A stretch of 64,000 nt of DNA from Auanema rhodensis. Its lineage: Eukaryota; Animalia; Nematoda. Each line of letters starts with the position of its first letter. The stretch's first letter is position 1. A model generated the notes under the pieces. It was not told the DNA's origin. It did not search any database and saw only the letters and a list, made by a program, of their open reading frames with translations. Below, one piece after another: positions 43,101-57,486 of this stretch. The translations under genes and the position numbers were made by a program. The stretch covers positions 17,360,001-17,424,000 of the forward strand of contig OZ059897.1 of NCBI GenBank assembly GCA_964057225.1, given 5' to 3'.

Positions 43101-45355
43101 CATACCAAGTACACATCACGTGTACATTTAATTAGCATAAATTGAAGTTCACGTAAATTTCAAAGTCATGGTTACCATGCACCAATATCAATAAAAAATT
43201 GTTTTTAGACTAAGATGGACATGGGGAATCTAATTTTGAAAACCGCATCTCTTTATTTTTCACGGGAAGCGAGTTACATACCAAGTGCACATCACGTGTA
43301 CATTTAATTAACATAAATTAAAGTTCACGTAAACTTCAAAGTCATGGTTGCCATGCACCAATATCAGTAAAAATTTGGTTTTAGACTAATATGGATATGG
43401 GGAATCTAATTTTGAAAACCGCATCTCTTTATCTTTCACGGGAAGCGAGTTTCATACCAAGTGCACATCACGTGTACATTTAATTAGCATAAATTAAAGT
43501 TCACGTAAATTTCAAAGTCATGGTTGCCATGCACCAATATCAATGAAAATTTGTTTTTAGACTAATATGGACTTGGGGAATCTAATTTTGAAAACCGCAT
43601 CTCTTTATCTTTCACGGGAAGCGAGTTTCATACCAAGTGCACATCACGTGTACATTTAATTAGCATAAATTGAAGTTCACGTAAATTTAAAATCATGGTT
43701 ACCATGCACCAATATCAATAAAAATTTGTTTTTAGACTAATATGAACATGGTGAATCTAATTTTGAAAACCGCATCTCTTTATCTTTCACGGGGAGCGAG
43801 TTTCATACCAAGTGCACATCACGTGTACATTTAATTAGCATAAATTAAAGTTCACGTAAATTTCAAAGTCATGGTTACCATGCACAAATATCAATGAAAA
43901 TTTGTTTTTAGACTGATATGGACTTGGGGAATCTAATTTTGAGAACCGCATCTCTTTATCTTTCACGGGAAGCGAGTTTCATACAAGTGCACATCACGTG
44001 TACATTTAATTAGCATAAATTAAAGTTCACGTAAATTTTGAAGTCATGGTTACCATGCACTAATATGAATAAGAATTTGTTTTTAGACTAATATGGACAT
44101 GGGGAATCTAATTTTGAAAACCGCATCTTTTTATCTTTCACGGGAAGCGAGTTACATACCGAGTGCACATCACGTGTACATTTAATTAGCATAAATTAAA
44201 GTTCACGTAAATTTCAAAGTCATGGTTACCATGCACCAATATCAATGAAAATTTGTTTTTAGACTAATATGGACATGGGGAATCTAATTTTAAAAACCGC
44301 ATCTCTTTATCTTTCACGGGAAGCGAGTTACATACCGAGTGCACATCACGTGTACATTTAATTAGCATAAATTAAAGTTCACGTAAATTTCAAAGTCATG
44401 GTTACCATGCATCAATATCAATAAAATATTGTTTTTAGACTAATATGGACTTGGGGAATCTAATTTTGAAAACCGCATCTCTTTATCTTTCACGGGAAGC
44501 GAGTTTCATACCAAGTGCACATCACGTGTACATTTAATTAGCATAAATTAAAGTTCACGTAAATTTCAAAATCATGGTTGCCATGCACCAATATCAATAA
44601 AAATATGTTTTTAGACTAATATGGACTTGGGGAATCTAATTTTGAAAACCGCATCTCTTTATCTTTCACGGGAAGCGAGTTTCATACAAGTGCACATCAC
44701 GTGTACATTTAATTATCATAAATTGAAGTTCACGTGAATTTCAAAGTCATGGTTACCATGCACCAATATGAATAAGAATTTGTTTTTAGACTAATGTGGA
44801 CATGGGGAATCTAATTTTGAAAACCGCATCTCTTTATCTTTCACGGGAAGCGAGTTTCATACCAAGTGCACATCACGTGTACATTTAATTAGCATAAATT
44901 AAAGTTCACGTAAATTTCAAAGTCATGGTTACCATGCACCAATATCAATAAAAATTTGTTTTTAGACTAATATGGACTTGGGGAATCTAATTTTGAAAAC
45001 CGCATCTCTTTATCTTTCACGGGAAGCGAGTTTCATACCAAGTGCACATCACGTGTACATTTAATTAGCATAAATTAAAGTTCACGTAAATTTCAAAATC
45101 ATGGTTACCATGCACCAATATCAATAAAAATTTGTTTTCAGACTAATATGGTCATGTGGAATCTAATTTTGAAAACCGCATCTCTTCATCTTTCACGGGA
45201 AGCGAGTTACATACCAAGTACACATCACGTGTACATTTAATTAGCATAAATTGAAGTTCACGTAAATTTCAAAGTCATGGTTACCATGCACCAATATCAA
45301 TAAAAAATTGTTTTTAGACTAAGATGGACATGGGGAATCTAATTTTGAAAACCGC
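34107..45355 (+). repeat. Alternating 12-mer (2109 bp) and 14-mer (2461 bp) HORs, forming a 26-mer super-repeat of 4570 bp
   Basis: Unit starts at 34107, 36216, 38677, 40786, 43247, 45356 (spacings 2109, 2461, 2109, 2461, 2109). GGACTCTAAT at 35491 and 40061 (4570 apart). Confidence 0.93.
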
Positions 45356-48300
45356 ATCTCTTTATTTTTCACGGGAAGCGAGTTACATACCAAGTGCACA
45401 TCACGTGTACATTTAATTAGCATAAATTAAAGTTCACGTAAATTTAAAATCATGGTTACCATGCACCAATATCAATAAAAATCTGTTTTTAGACTAATAT
45501 GGACTTGGGGAATCTAATTTTGAAAATCGCATCTCTTTATCTTTCACGGGAAGCGAGTTTCATACAAGTGCACATCACGTGTACATTTAATTATCATAAA
45601 TTGAAGTTCACGTAAATTTCAAAATCATGGTTACCATGCACCAATATCAATAAAAATTTGTTTCCAGACTAATATGGTCATGTGGAATCTAATTTTGAAA
45701 ACCGCATCTCTTCATCTTTCACGGGAAGCGAGTTACATACCAAGTACACATCACGTGTACATTTAATTAGCATAAATTGAAGTTCACGTAAATTTCAAAG
45801 TCATGGTTACCATGCACCAATATCAATAAAAAATTGTTTTTAGACTAAGATGGACATGGGGAATCTAATTTTGAAAACCGCATCTCTTTATCTTTCACGG
45901 GAAGCGAGTTTCATACAAGTGCACATCACGTGTACATTTAATTATCATAAATTGAAGTTCACGTGAATTTCAAAGTCATGGTTACCATGCACCAATATCA
46001 ATAAAAATTTGTTTTCAGACTAATATAGACATGGGGAATCTAATTTTGAAAATCGCATCTCTTTATCTTTCACGGGAAGCGAGTTTCATACAAGTGCACA
46101 TCACGTGTACATTTAATTATCATAAATTGAAGTTCACGTGAATTTCAAAGTCATGGTTACCATGCACCAATATGAATAAGAATTTGTTTTTAGACTAATG
46201 TGGACATGGGGAATCTAATTTTGAAAACCGCATCTCTTTATCTTTCACGGGAAGCGAGTTTCATACCAAGTGCACATCACGTGTACATTTAATTAGCATA
46301 AATTAAAGTTCACGTAAATTTCAAAGTCATGGTTACCATGCACCAATATCAATAAAAATTTGTTTTTAGACTAATATGGACTTGGGGAATCTAATTTTGA
46401 AAACCGCATCTCTTTATCTTTCACGGGAAGCGAGTTTCATACCAAGTGCACATCACGTGTACATTTAATTAGCATAAATTAAAGTTCACGTAAATTTCAA
46501 AATCATGGTTACCATGCACCAATATCAATAAAAATTTGTTTTCAGACTAATATGGTCATGTGGAATCTAATTTTGAAAACCGCATCTCTTCATCTTTCAC
46601 GGGAAGCGAGTTACATACCAAGTACACATCACGTGTACATTTAATTAGCATAAATTGAAGTTCACGTAAATTTCAAAGTCATGGTTACCATGCACCAATA
46701 TCAATAAAAATTTGTTTTCAGACTAATATGGTCATGTGGAATCTAATTTTGAAAACCGCATCTCTTCATCTTTCACGGAAAGCGAGTTACATACCAAGTA
46801 CACATCACGTGTACATTTAATTAGCATAAATTGAAGTTCACGTAAATTTCAAAGTCATGGTTACCATGCACCAATATCAATAAAAAATTGTTTTTAGACT
46901 AAGATGGACATGGGGAATCTAATTTTGAAAACCGCATCTCTTTATCTTTCACGGGAAGCGAGTTACATACCAAGTGCACATCACGTGTACATTTAATAAG
47001 CATAAATTAAAGTTCACGTAAATTTAAAATCATGGTTACCATGCACCAATATCAATAAAAATCTGTTTTTAGACTAATATGGACTTGGGGAATCTAATTT
47101 TGAAAATCGCATCTCTTTATCTTTCACGGGAAGCGAGTTTCATACAAGTGCACATCACGTGTACATTTAATTATCATAAATTGAAGTTCACGTGAATTTC
47201 AAAGTCATGGTTACCATGCACCAATATGAATAAGAATTTGTTTTTAGACTAATGTGGACATGGGGAATCTAATTTTGAAAACCGCATCTCTTTATCTTTC
47301 ACGGGAAGCGAGTTTCATACCAAGTGCACATCACGTGTACATTTAATTAGCATAAATTAAAGTTCACGTAAATTTCAAAGTCATGGTTACCATGCACCAA
47401 TATCAATACAAATTTGTTTTTAGACTAATATGGACTTGGGGAATCTAATTTTGAAAACCGCATCTCTTTATCTTTCACGGGAAGCGAGTTTCATACCAAG
47501 TGCACATCACGTGTACATTTAATTAGCATAAATTAAAGTTCACGTAAATTTCAAAATCATGGTTAAAATGCAGCAATATCAATAAAAATTTGTTTTCAGA
47601 CTAATATGGTCATGTGGAATCTAATTTTGAAAACCGCATCTCTTCATCTTTCACGGGAAGCGAGTTACATACCAAGTACACATCACGTGTACAATTTTAA
47701 TTAGCATAAATTGAAGTTCACGTAAATTTCAAAGTCATGGTTACCATGCACCAATATCAATAAAAAATTGTTTTTAGACTAAGATGGACATGGGGAATCT
47801 AATTTTGAAAACCGCATCTCTTTATCTTTCACGGGAAGCGAGTTACATACCAAGTGCACATCACGTGTACATTTAATTAGCATAAATTAAAGTTCACGTA
47901 AATTTAAAATCATGGTTACCATGCACCAATATCAATAAAAATCTGTTTTTAGACTAATGTGGACATGGGGAATCTAATTTTGAAAACCGCATCTCTTTAT
48001 CTTTCACGGGAAGCGAGTTTCATACCAAGTGCACATCACGTGTACATTTAATTAGCATAAATTAAAGTTCACGTAAATTTCAAAGTCATGGTTACCATGC
48101 ACCAATATCAATAAAAATTTGTTTTTAGACTAATATGGACTTGGGGAATCTAATTTTGAAAACCGCATCTCTTTATCTTTCACGGGAAGCGAGTTTCATA
48201 CCAAGTGCACATCACGTGTACATTTAATTAGCATAAATTAAAGTTCACGTAAATTTCAAAATCATGGTTACCATGCACCAATATCAATAAAAATTTGTTT

Positions 48301-51300
48301 CCAGACTAATATGGTCATGTGGAATCTAATTTTGAAAACCGCATCTCTTCATCTTTCACGGGAAGCGAGTTACATACCAAGTACACATCACGTGTACATT
48401 TAATTAGCATAAATTGAAGTTCACGTAAATTTCAAAGTCATGGTTACCATGCACCAATATCAATAAAAAATTGTTTTTAGACTAAGATGGACATGGGGAA
48501 TCTAATTTTGAAAACCGCATCTCTTTATCTTTCACGGGAAGCGAGTTTCATACAAGTGCACATCACGTGTACATTTAATTATCATAAATTGAAGTTCACG
48601 TGAATTTCAAAGTCATGGTTACCATGCACCAATATCAATAAAAATTTGTTTTCAGACTAATATAGACATGGGGAATCTAATTTTGAAAATCGCATCTCTT
48701 TATCTTTCACGGGAAGCGAGTTTCATACCAAGTGCACATCACGTGTACATTTAATTAGCATAAATTAAAGTTCACGTAAATTTCAAAGTCATGGTTACCA
48801 TGCACCAATATCAATACAAATTTGTTTTGAGACTAATATGGACTTGGGGAATCTAATTTTGAAAACCGCATCTCTTTATCTTTCACGGGAAGCGAGTTTC
48901 ATACCAAGTGCACATCACGTGTACATTTAATTAGCATAAATTAAAGTTCACGTAAATTTCAAAATCATGGTTAAAATGCAGCAATATCAATAAAAATTTG
49001 TTTTCAGACTAATATGGTCATGTGGAATCTAATTTTGAAAACCGCATCTCTTCATCTTTCACGGGAAGCGAGTTACATACCAAGTACACATCACGTGTAC
49101 AATTTTAATTAGCATAAATTGAAGTTCACGTAAATTTCAAAGTCATGGTTACCATGCACCAATATCAATAAAAAATTGTTTTTAGACTAAGATGGACATG
49201 GGGAATCTAATTTTGAAAACCGCATCTCTTTATCTTTCACGGGAAGCGAGTTACATACCAAGTGCACATCACGTGTACATTTAATTAGCATAAATTAAAG
49301 TTCACGTAAATTTAAAATCATGGTTACCATGCACCAATATCAATAAAAATCTGTTTTTAGACTAATGTGGACATGGGGAATCTAATTTTGAAAACCGCAT
49401 CTCTTTATCTTTCACGGGAAGCGAGTTTCATACCAAGTGCACATCACGTGTACATTTAATTAGCATAAATTAAAGTTCACGTAAATTTCAAAGTCATGGT
49501 TACCATGCACCAATATCAATAAAAATTTGTTTTTAGACTAATATGGACTTGGGGAATCTAATTTTGAAAACCGCATCTCTTTATCTTTCACGGGAAGCGA
49601 GTTTCATACCAAGTGCACATCACGTGTACATTTAATTAGCATAAATTAAAGTTCACGTAAATTTCAAAATCATGGTTACCATGCACCAATATCAATAAAA
49701 ATTTGTTTCCAGACTAATATGGTCATGTGGAATCTAATTTTGAAAACCGCATCTCTTCATCTTTCACGGGAAGCGAGTTACATACCAAGTACACATCACG
49801 TGTACATTTAATTAGCATAAATTGAAGTTCACGTAAATTTCAAAGTCATGGTTACCATGCACCAATATCAATAAAAAATTGTTTTTAGACTAAGATGGAC
49901 ATGGGGAATCTAATTTTGAAAACCGCATCTCTTTATCTTTCACGGGAAGCGAGTTTCATACAAGTGCACATCACGTGTACATTTAATTATCATAAATTGA
50001 AGTTCACGTGAATTTCAAAGTCATGGTTACCATGCACCAATATCAATAAAAATTTGTTTTCAGACTAATATAGACATGGGGAATCTAATTTTGAAAATCG
50101 CATCTCTTTATCTTTCACGGGAAGCGAGTTTCATACAAGTGCACATCACGTGTACATTTAATTATCATAAATTGAAGTTCACGTGAATTTCAAAGTCATG
50201 GTTACCATGCACCAATATGAATAAGAATTTGTTTTTAGACTAATGTGGACATGGGGAATCTAATTTTGAAAACCGCATCTCTTTATCTTTCACGGGAAGC
50301 GAGTTTCATACCAAGTGCACATCACGTGTACATTTAATTAGCATAAATTAAAGTTCACGTAAATTTCAAAGTCATGGTTACCATGCACCAATATCAATAA
50401 AAATTTGTTTTTAGACTAATATGGACTTGGGGAATCTAATTTTGAAAACCGCATCTCTTTATCTTTCACGGGAAGCGAGTTTCATACCAAGTGCACATCA
50501 CGTGTACATTTAATTAGCATAAATTAAAGTTCACGTAAATTTCAAAATCATGGTTACCATGCACCAATATCAATAAAAATTTGTTTTCAGACTAATATGG
50601 TCATGTGGAATCTAATTTTGAAAACCGCATCTCTTCATCTTTCACGGAAAGCGAGTTACATACCAAGTACACATCACGTGTACATTTAATTAGCATAAAT
50701 TGAAGTTCACGTAAATTTCAAAGTCATGGTTACCATGCACCAATATCAATAAAAAATTGTTTTTAGACTAAGATGGACATGGGGAATCTAATTTTGAAAA
50801 CCGCATCTCTTTATCTTTCACGGGAAGCGAGTTACATACCAAGTGCACATCACGTGTACATTTAATAAGCATAAATTAAAGTTCACGTAAATTTAAAATC
50901 ATGGTTACCATGCACCAATATCAATAAAAATCTGTTTTTAGACTAATATGGACTTGGGGAATCTAATTTTGAAAATCGCATCTCTTTATCTTTCACGGGA
51001 AGCGAGTTTCATACAAGTGCACATCACGTGTACATTTAATTATCATAAATTGAAGTTCACGTGAATTTCAAAGTCATGGTTACCATGCACCAATATGAAT
51101 AAGAATTTGTTTTTAGACTAATGTGGACATGGGGAATCTAATTTTGAAAACCGCATCTCTTTATCTTTCACGGGAAGCGAGTTTCATACCAAGTGCACAT
51201 CACGTGTACATTTAATTAGCATAAATTAAAGTTCACGTAAATTTCAAAGTCATGGTTACCATGCACCAATATCAATACAAATTTGTTTTTAGACTAATAT

Positions 51301-51859
51301 GGACTTGGGGAATCTAATTTTGAAAACCGCATCTCTTTATCTTTCACGGGAAGCGAGTTTCATACCAAGTGCACATCACGTGTACATTTAATTAGCATAA
51401 ATTAAAGTTCACGTAAATTTCAAAATCATGGTTAAAATGCAGCAATATCAATAAAAATTTGTTTTCAGACTAATATGGTCATGTGGAATCTAATTTTGAA
51501 AACCGCATCTCTTCATCTTTCACGGGAAGCGAGTTACATACCAAGTACACATCACGTGTACAATTTTAATTAGCATAAATTGAAGTTCACGTAAATTTCA
51601 AAGTCATGGTTACCATGCACCAATATCAATAAAAAATTGTTTTTAGACTAAGATGGACATGGGGAATCTAATTTTGAAAACCGCATCTCTTTATCTTTCA
51701 CGGGAAGCGAGTTACATACCAAGTGCACATCACGTGTACATTTAATTAGCATAAATTAAAGTTCACGTAAATTTAAAATCATGGTTACCATGCACCAATA
51801 TCAATAAAAATCTGTTTTTAGACTAATATGGACTTGGGGAATCTAATTTTGAAAACCGC
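45356..51859 (+). repeat. HOR domain with nested 8-mer (1408 bp) and 14-mer (2461 bp) periods; contains three 178-bp monomers
   Basis: ACAATTTTAA (+2 bp) monomers at 47638, 49046, 51507. CACGGAAAGC monomer at 46760 and 50629 (3869 = 1408+2461). Confidence 0.82.
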
Positions 51860-54145
51860 ATCTCTTTATCTTTCACGGGAAGCGAGTTTCATACCAAGTG
51901 CACATCACGTGTACATTTAATTAGCATAAATTAAAGTTCACGTAAATTTCGAAGTCATGGTTACCATGCACTAATATCAATGAAAATTTGATTTTAGACT
52001 AATATGGATATGGGGAATCTAATTTTGAAAACCGCATCTCTTTATCTTTCACGTGAAGCGAGTTACATACCAAGTGCACATCACGTGTACATTTAATTAG
52101 CATAAATTAAAGTTCACGTAAATATCAAAGTCATGGTTACCATGCACCAATATCAATAAAAATTTATTTTTAGACTAATATGGATATGGGGAATCTAATT
52201 TTGAAAACCGCATTTTTTCATCTTTCACGGGAAGCGAGTTACATACCGAGTGCACATCGCGTGTACATTTAATTAGCATAAATTAAAGTTCACGTAAATT
52301 TCAAAGTCATGGTTACCATGCATCAATATCAATAAAATATTGTTTTTAGACTAATATGGACTTGGGGAATCTAATTTTGAAAACCGCATCTCTTTATCTT
52401 TCACGGGAAGCGAGTTTCATACCAAGTGCACATCATGTGTACATTTAATTAGCATAAATTAAAGTTCACGTAAATTTCGAAGTCATGGTTACCATGCACT
52501 AATATCAATGAAAATTTGTTTTTAGACTAATATGGACATGGGGAATCTAATTTTGAAAACCGCATCTTTTTATCTTTCACGGGAAGCGAGTTACATACCG
52601 AGTGCACATCACGTGTACATTTAATTAGCATAAATTAAAGTTCACGTAAATTTCAAAGTCATGGTTACCATGCACCAATATCAATGAAAATTTGTTTTTA
52701 GACTAATATGGACATGGGGAATCTAATTTTAAAAACCGCATCTCTTTATCTTTCACGGGAAGCGAGTTTCATACAAGTGCACATCACGTGTACATTTAAT
52801 TAGCATAAATTGAAGTTCACGTAAATTTCAAAGTCATGGTTACCATGCACCAATATGAATAAGAATTTGTTTTTAGACTAATATGGACATGGGGAATCTA
52901 ATTTTGAAAACCGCATCTCTTTATCTTTCACGGGAAGCGAGTTACATACCGAGTGCACATCACGTGTACATTTAATTAGCATAAATTAAAGTTCACGTAA
53001 ATTTCAAAGTCATGGTTACCATGCATCAATATCAATAAAATATTGTTTTTAGACTAATATGGACTTTGGGAATCTAATTTTGAAAACCGCATCTCTTTAT
53101 CTTTCACGGGAAGCGAGTTTCATACCAAGTGCACATCACGTGTACATTTAATTAGCATAAATTAAAGTTCACGTAAATTTCAAAATCATGGTTGCCATGC
53201 ACCAATATCAATAAAAATTTGTTTTCAGACTAATATGGACATGGGGAATCTAATTTTGAAAACCGCATCTCTTCATCTTTCACGGGAAGCGAGTTTCATA
53301 CCAAGTGCACATCACGTGTACATTTAATTAGCATAAATTAAAGTTCACGTAAATTTCAAAATCATGGTTACCATGCACCAATATCAATAAAAATTTGTTT
53401 TCAGACTAATATGGTCATGTGGAATCTAATTTTGAAAACCGCATCTCTTCATTTTTCACGGGAAGCGAGTTACATACCAAGTACACATCACGTGTACATT
53501 TAATTAGCATAAATTAAAGTTCACGTAAATTTCAAAGTCATGGTTACCATGCACCAATATCAATAAAAAATTGTTTTTAGACTAAGATGGACATGGGGAA
53601 TCTAATTTTGAAAACCGCATCTCTTTATCTTTCACGGGAAGCGAGTTACATACCAAGTGCACATCACGTGTACATTTAATTAGCATAAATTAAAGTTCAC
53701 GTAAATTTAAAATCATGGTTACCATGCAGCAATATCAATAAAAATCTGTTTTTAGACTAATATGGACTTGGGGAATCTAATTTTGAAAACCGCATCTCTT
53801 TATCTTTCACGGGAAGCGAGTTTCATACCAAGTGCACATCACGTGTACATTTAATTAGCATAAATTAAAGTTCACGTAAATTTCGAAGTCATGGTTACCA
53901 TGCACTAATATCAATGAAAATTTGATTTTAGACTAATATGGATATGGGGAATCTAATTTTGAAAACCGCATCTCTTTATCTTTCACGTGAAGCGAGTTAC
54001 ATACCAAGTGCACATCACGTGTACATTTAATTAGCATAAATTAAAGTTCACGTAAATATCAAAGTCATGGTTACCATGCACCAATATCAATAAAAATTTG
54101 TTTTTAGACTAATATGGATATGGGGAATCTAATTTTGAAAACCGC

Positions 54146-56255
54146 ATTTTTTCATCTTTCACGGGAAGCGAGTTACATACCGAGTGCACATCGCGTGTAC
54201 ATTTAATTAGCATAAATTAAAGTTCACGTAAATTTCAAAATCATGGTTACCATGCACCAATATCAATAAAAATTTGTTTTTAGACTAATATGAACATGGT
54301 GAATCTAATTTTGAAAACCGCATCTCTTTATCTTTCACAGGGAGCGAGTTTCATACCAAGTGCACATCACGTGTACATTTAATTAGCATAAATTAAAGTT
54401 CACGTAAATTTAAAATCATGGTTACCATGCACCAATATCAATAAAAATCTGTTTTTAGACTAATATGGACTTGGGGAATCTAATTTTGAAAACCGCATCT
54501 CTTTATCTTTCACGGGAAGCGAGTTTCATACCAAGTGCACATCATGTGTACATTTAATTAGCATAAATTAAAGTTCACGTAAATTTCGAAGTCATGGTTA
54601 CCATGCACTAATATCAATGAAAATTTGGTTTTAGACTAATATGGATATGGGGAATCTAATTTTGAAAACCGCATCTTTTCATCTTTCACGGGAAGCGAGT
54701 TTCATACCAAGTGCACATCACGTGTACATTTAATTAGCATAAATTAAAGTTCACGTAAATTTCAAAGTCATGGTTACCATGCACTAATATCAATGAAAAT
54801 TTGGTTCTAGACTAATATGGATATGGGGAATCTTATTTTGAAAACCGCATCTTTTCATCTTTCACGGGAAGCGAGTTACATACCGAGTGCACATCACGTG
54901 TACATTTAATTAGCATAAATTAAAGTTCACGTAAATTTCAAAGTCATGGTTACCATGCACTAATATCAATGAAAATTTGGTTTTAGACTAATATGGATAT
55001 GGGGAATCTAATTTTGAAAACCGCATCTCTTTATCTTTCACGGGAAGCGAGTTTCATACCAAGTGCACATCATGTGTACATTTAATTAGCATAAATTAAA
55101 GTTCACGTAAATTTCGAAGTCATGGTTACCATGCACTAATATCAATGAAAATTTGGTTTTAGACTAATATGGATATGGGGAATCTAATTTTGAAAACCGC
55201 ATCTCTTTATCTTTCACGGGAAGCGAGTTTCATACCGAGTGCACATCGCGTGTACATTTAATTAGCATAAATTAAAGTTCACGTAAATTTCAAAATCATG
55301 GTTACCATGCACCAATATCAATAAAAATTTGTTTTTAGACTAATATGAACATGGTGAATCTAATTTTGAAAACCGCATCTCTTTATCTTTCACAGGGAGC
55401 GAGTTTCATACCAAGTGCACATCACGTGTACATTTAATTAGCATAAATTAAAGTTCACGTAAATTTAAAATCATGGTTACCATGCACCAATATCAATAAA
55501 AATCTGTTTTTAGACTAATATGGACTTGGGGAATCTAATTTTGAAAACCGCATCTCTTTATCTTTCACGGGAAGCGAGTTTCATACCAAGTGCACATCAT
55601 GTGTACATTTAATTAGCATAAATTAAAGTTCACGTAAATTTCGAAGTCATGGTTACCATGCACTAATATCAATGAAAATTTGGTTTTAGACTAATATGGA
55701 TATGGGGAATCTAATTTTGAAAACCGCATCTTTTCATCTTTCACGGGAAGCGAGTTTCATACCAAGTGCACATCACGTGTACATTTAATTAGCATAAATT
55801 AAAGTTCACGTAAATTTCAAAGTCATGGTTACCATGCACTAATATCAATGAAAATTTGGTTCTAGACTAATATGGATATGGGGAATCTTATTTTGAAAAC
55901 CGCATCTTTTCATCTTTCACGGGAAGCGAGTTACATACCGAGTGCACATCACGTGTACATTTAATTAGCATAAATTAAAGTTCACGTAAATTTCAAAGTC
56001 ATGGTTACCATGCACTAATATCAATGAAAATTTGGTTTTAGACTAATATGGATATGGGGAATCTAATTTTGAAAACCGCATCTCTTTATCTTTCACGGGA
56101 AGCGAGTTTCATACCAAGTGCACATCATGTGTACATTTAATTAGCATAAATTAAAGTTCACGTAAATTTCGAAGTCATGGTTACCATGCACTAATATCAA
56201 TGAAAATTTGGTTTTAGACTAATATGGATATGGGTAATCTAATTTTGAAAACCGC
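54146..56255 (+). repeat. 6-mer HOR, 1055 bp, two copies
   Basis: CACAGGGAG monomer at 54322 and 55377; GGTTCTAG and ATCTTATT markers repeat at the same offset. Confidence 0.88.
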
Positions 56256-57486
56256 ATCTCTTTATCTTTCACGGGAAGCGAGTTTCATACCAAGTGCACA
56301 TCACGTGTACATTTAATTAGCATAAATTAAAGTTCCCGTAAATTTCGAAGTCATGGTTACCATGCACTAATATCAATGAAAATTTGGTTTTAGACTAATA
56401 TGGATATGGGGAATCTAATTTTGAAAACCGCATCTTTTCATCTTTCACGGGAAGCGAGTTACATACCGAGTGCACATCGCGTGTACATTTAATTAGCATA
56501 AATTAAAGTTCACGTAAATTTCAAAGTCATGGTTACCATGCATCAATATCAATAAAATATTGTTTTTAGACTAATATGGACTTGGGGAATCTAATTTTGA
56601 AAACCGCATCTCTTTATCTTTCACGGGAAGCGAGTTTCATACCAAGTGCACATCACGTGTACATTTAATTAGCATAAATTAAAGTTCACGTAAATTTCAA
56701 AATCATGGTTACCATGCACCAATATCAATAAAAATTTGTTTTCAGACTAATATGGTCATGTGGAATCTAATTTTGAAAACCGCATCTCTTCATCTTTCAC
56801 GGGAAGCGAGTTACATACCAAGTACACATCACGTGTACATTTAATTAGCATAAATTAAAGTTCACGTAAATTTCATAGTCATGGTTACCATGCACCAATA
56901 TCAATAAAAAATTGTTTTTAGACTAAGATGGACATGGGGAATCTATCTTTGAAAACCGCATCTCTTTATCTTTCACGGGAAGCGAGTTACATACCAAGGG
57001 CACATCACGTGTACATTTAATCAGCATAAATTGAAGTTCACGTAAATTTCAAAGTCATGGTTAACATGCACCAATATCAATAAAAATTTGTTTTTAGACT
57101 AATATAGACATGGGGAATCTAATTTTGAAAATCGCATCTCTTTATCTTTCACGGGAAGCGAGTTTCATACAAGTGCACATCACGTGTACATTTAATTAGC
57201 ATAAATTGAAGTTCACGTAAATTTCAAAGTCATGGTTACCATGCACCAATATCAATAAAAATTTGTTTTTAGACTAATATAGACATGGGGAATCGAATTT
57301 TGAAAATCGCATCTCTTTATCTTTCACGGGAAGCGAGTTTCATACCAAGTGCACATCACGTGTACATTTAATTAGCATAAATTAAAGTTCACGTAAATTT
57401 CGAAGTCATGGTTACCATGCACTAATATCAATGAAAATTCGGTTTTAGACTAATATGGATATGGGGAATCTAATTTTGAAAACCGC

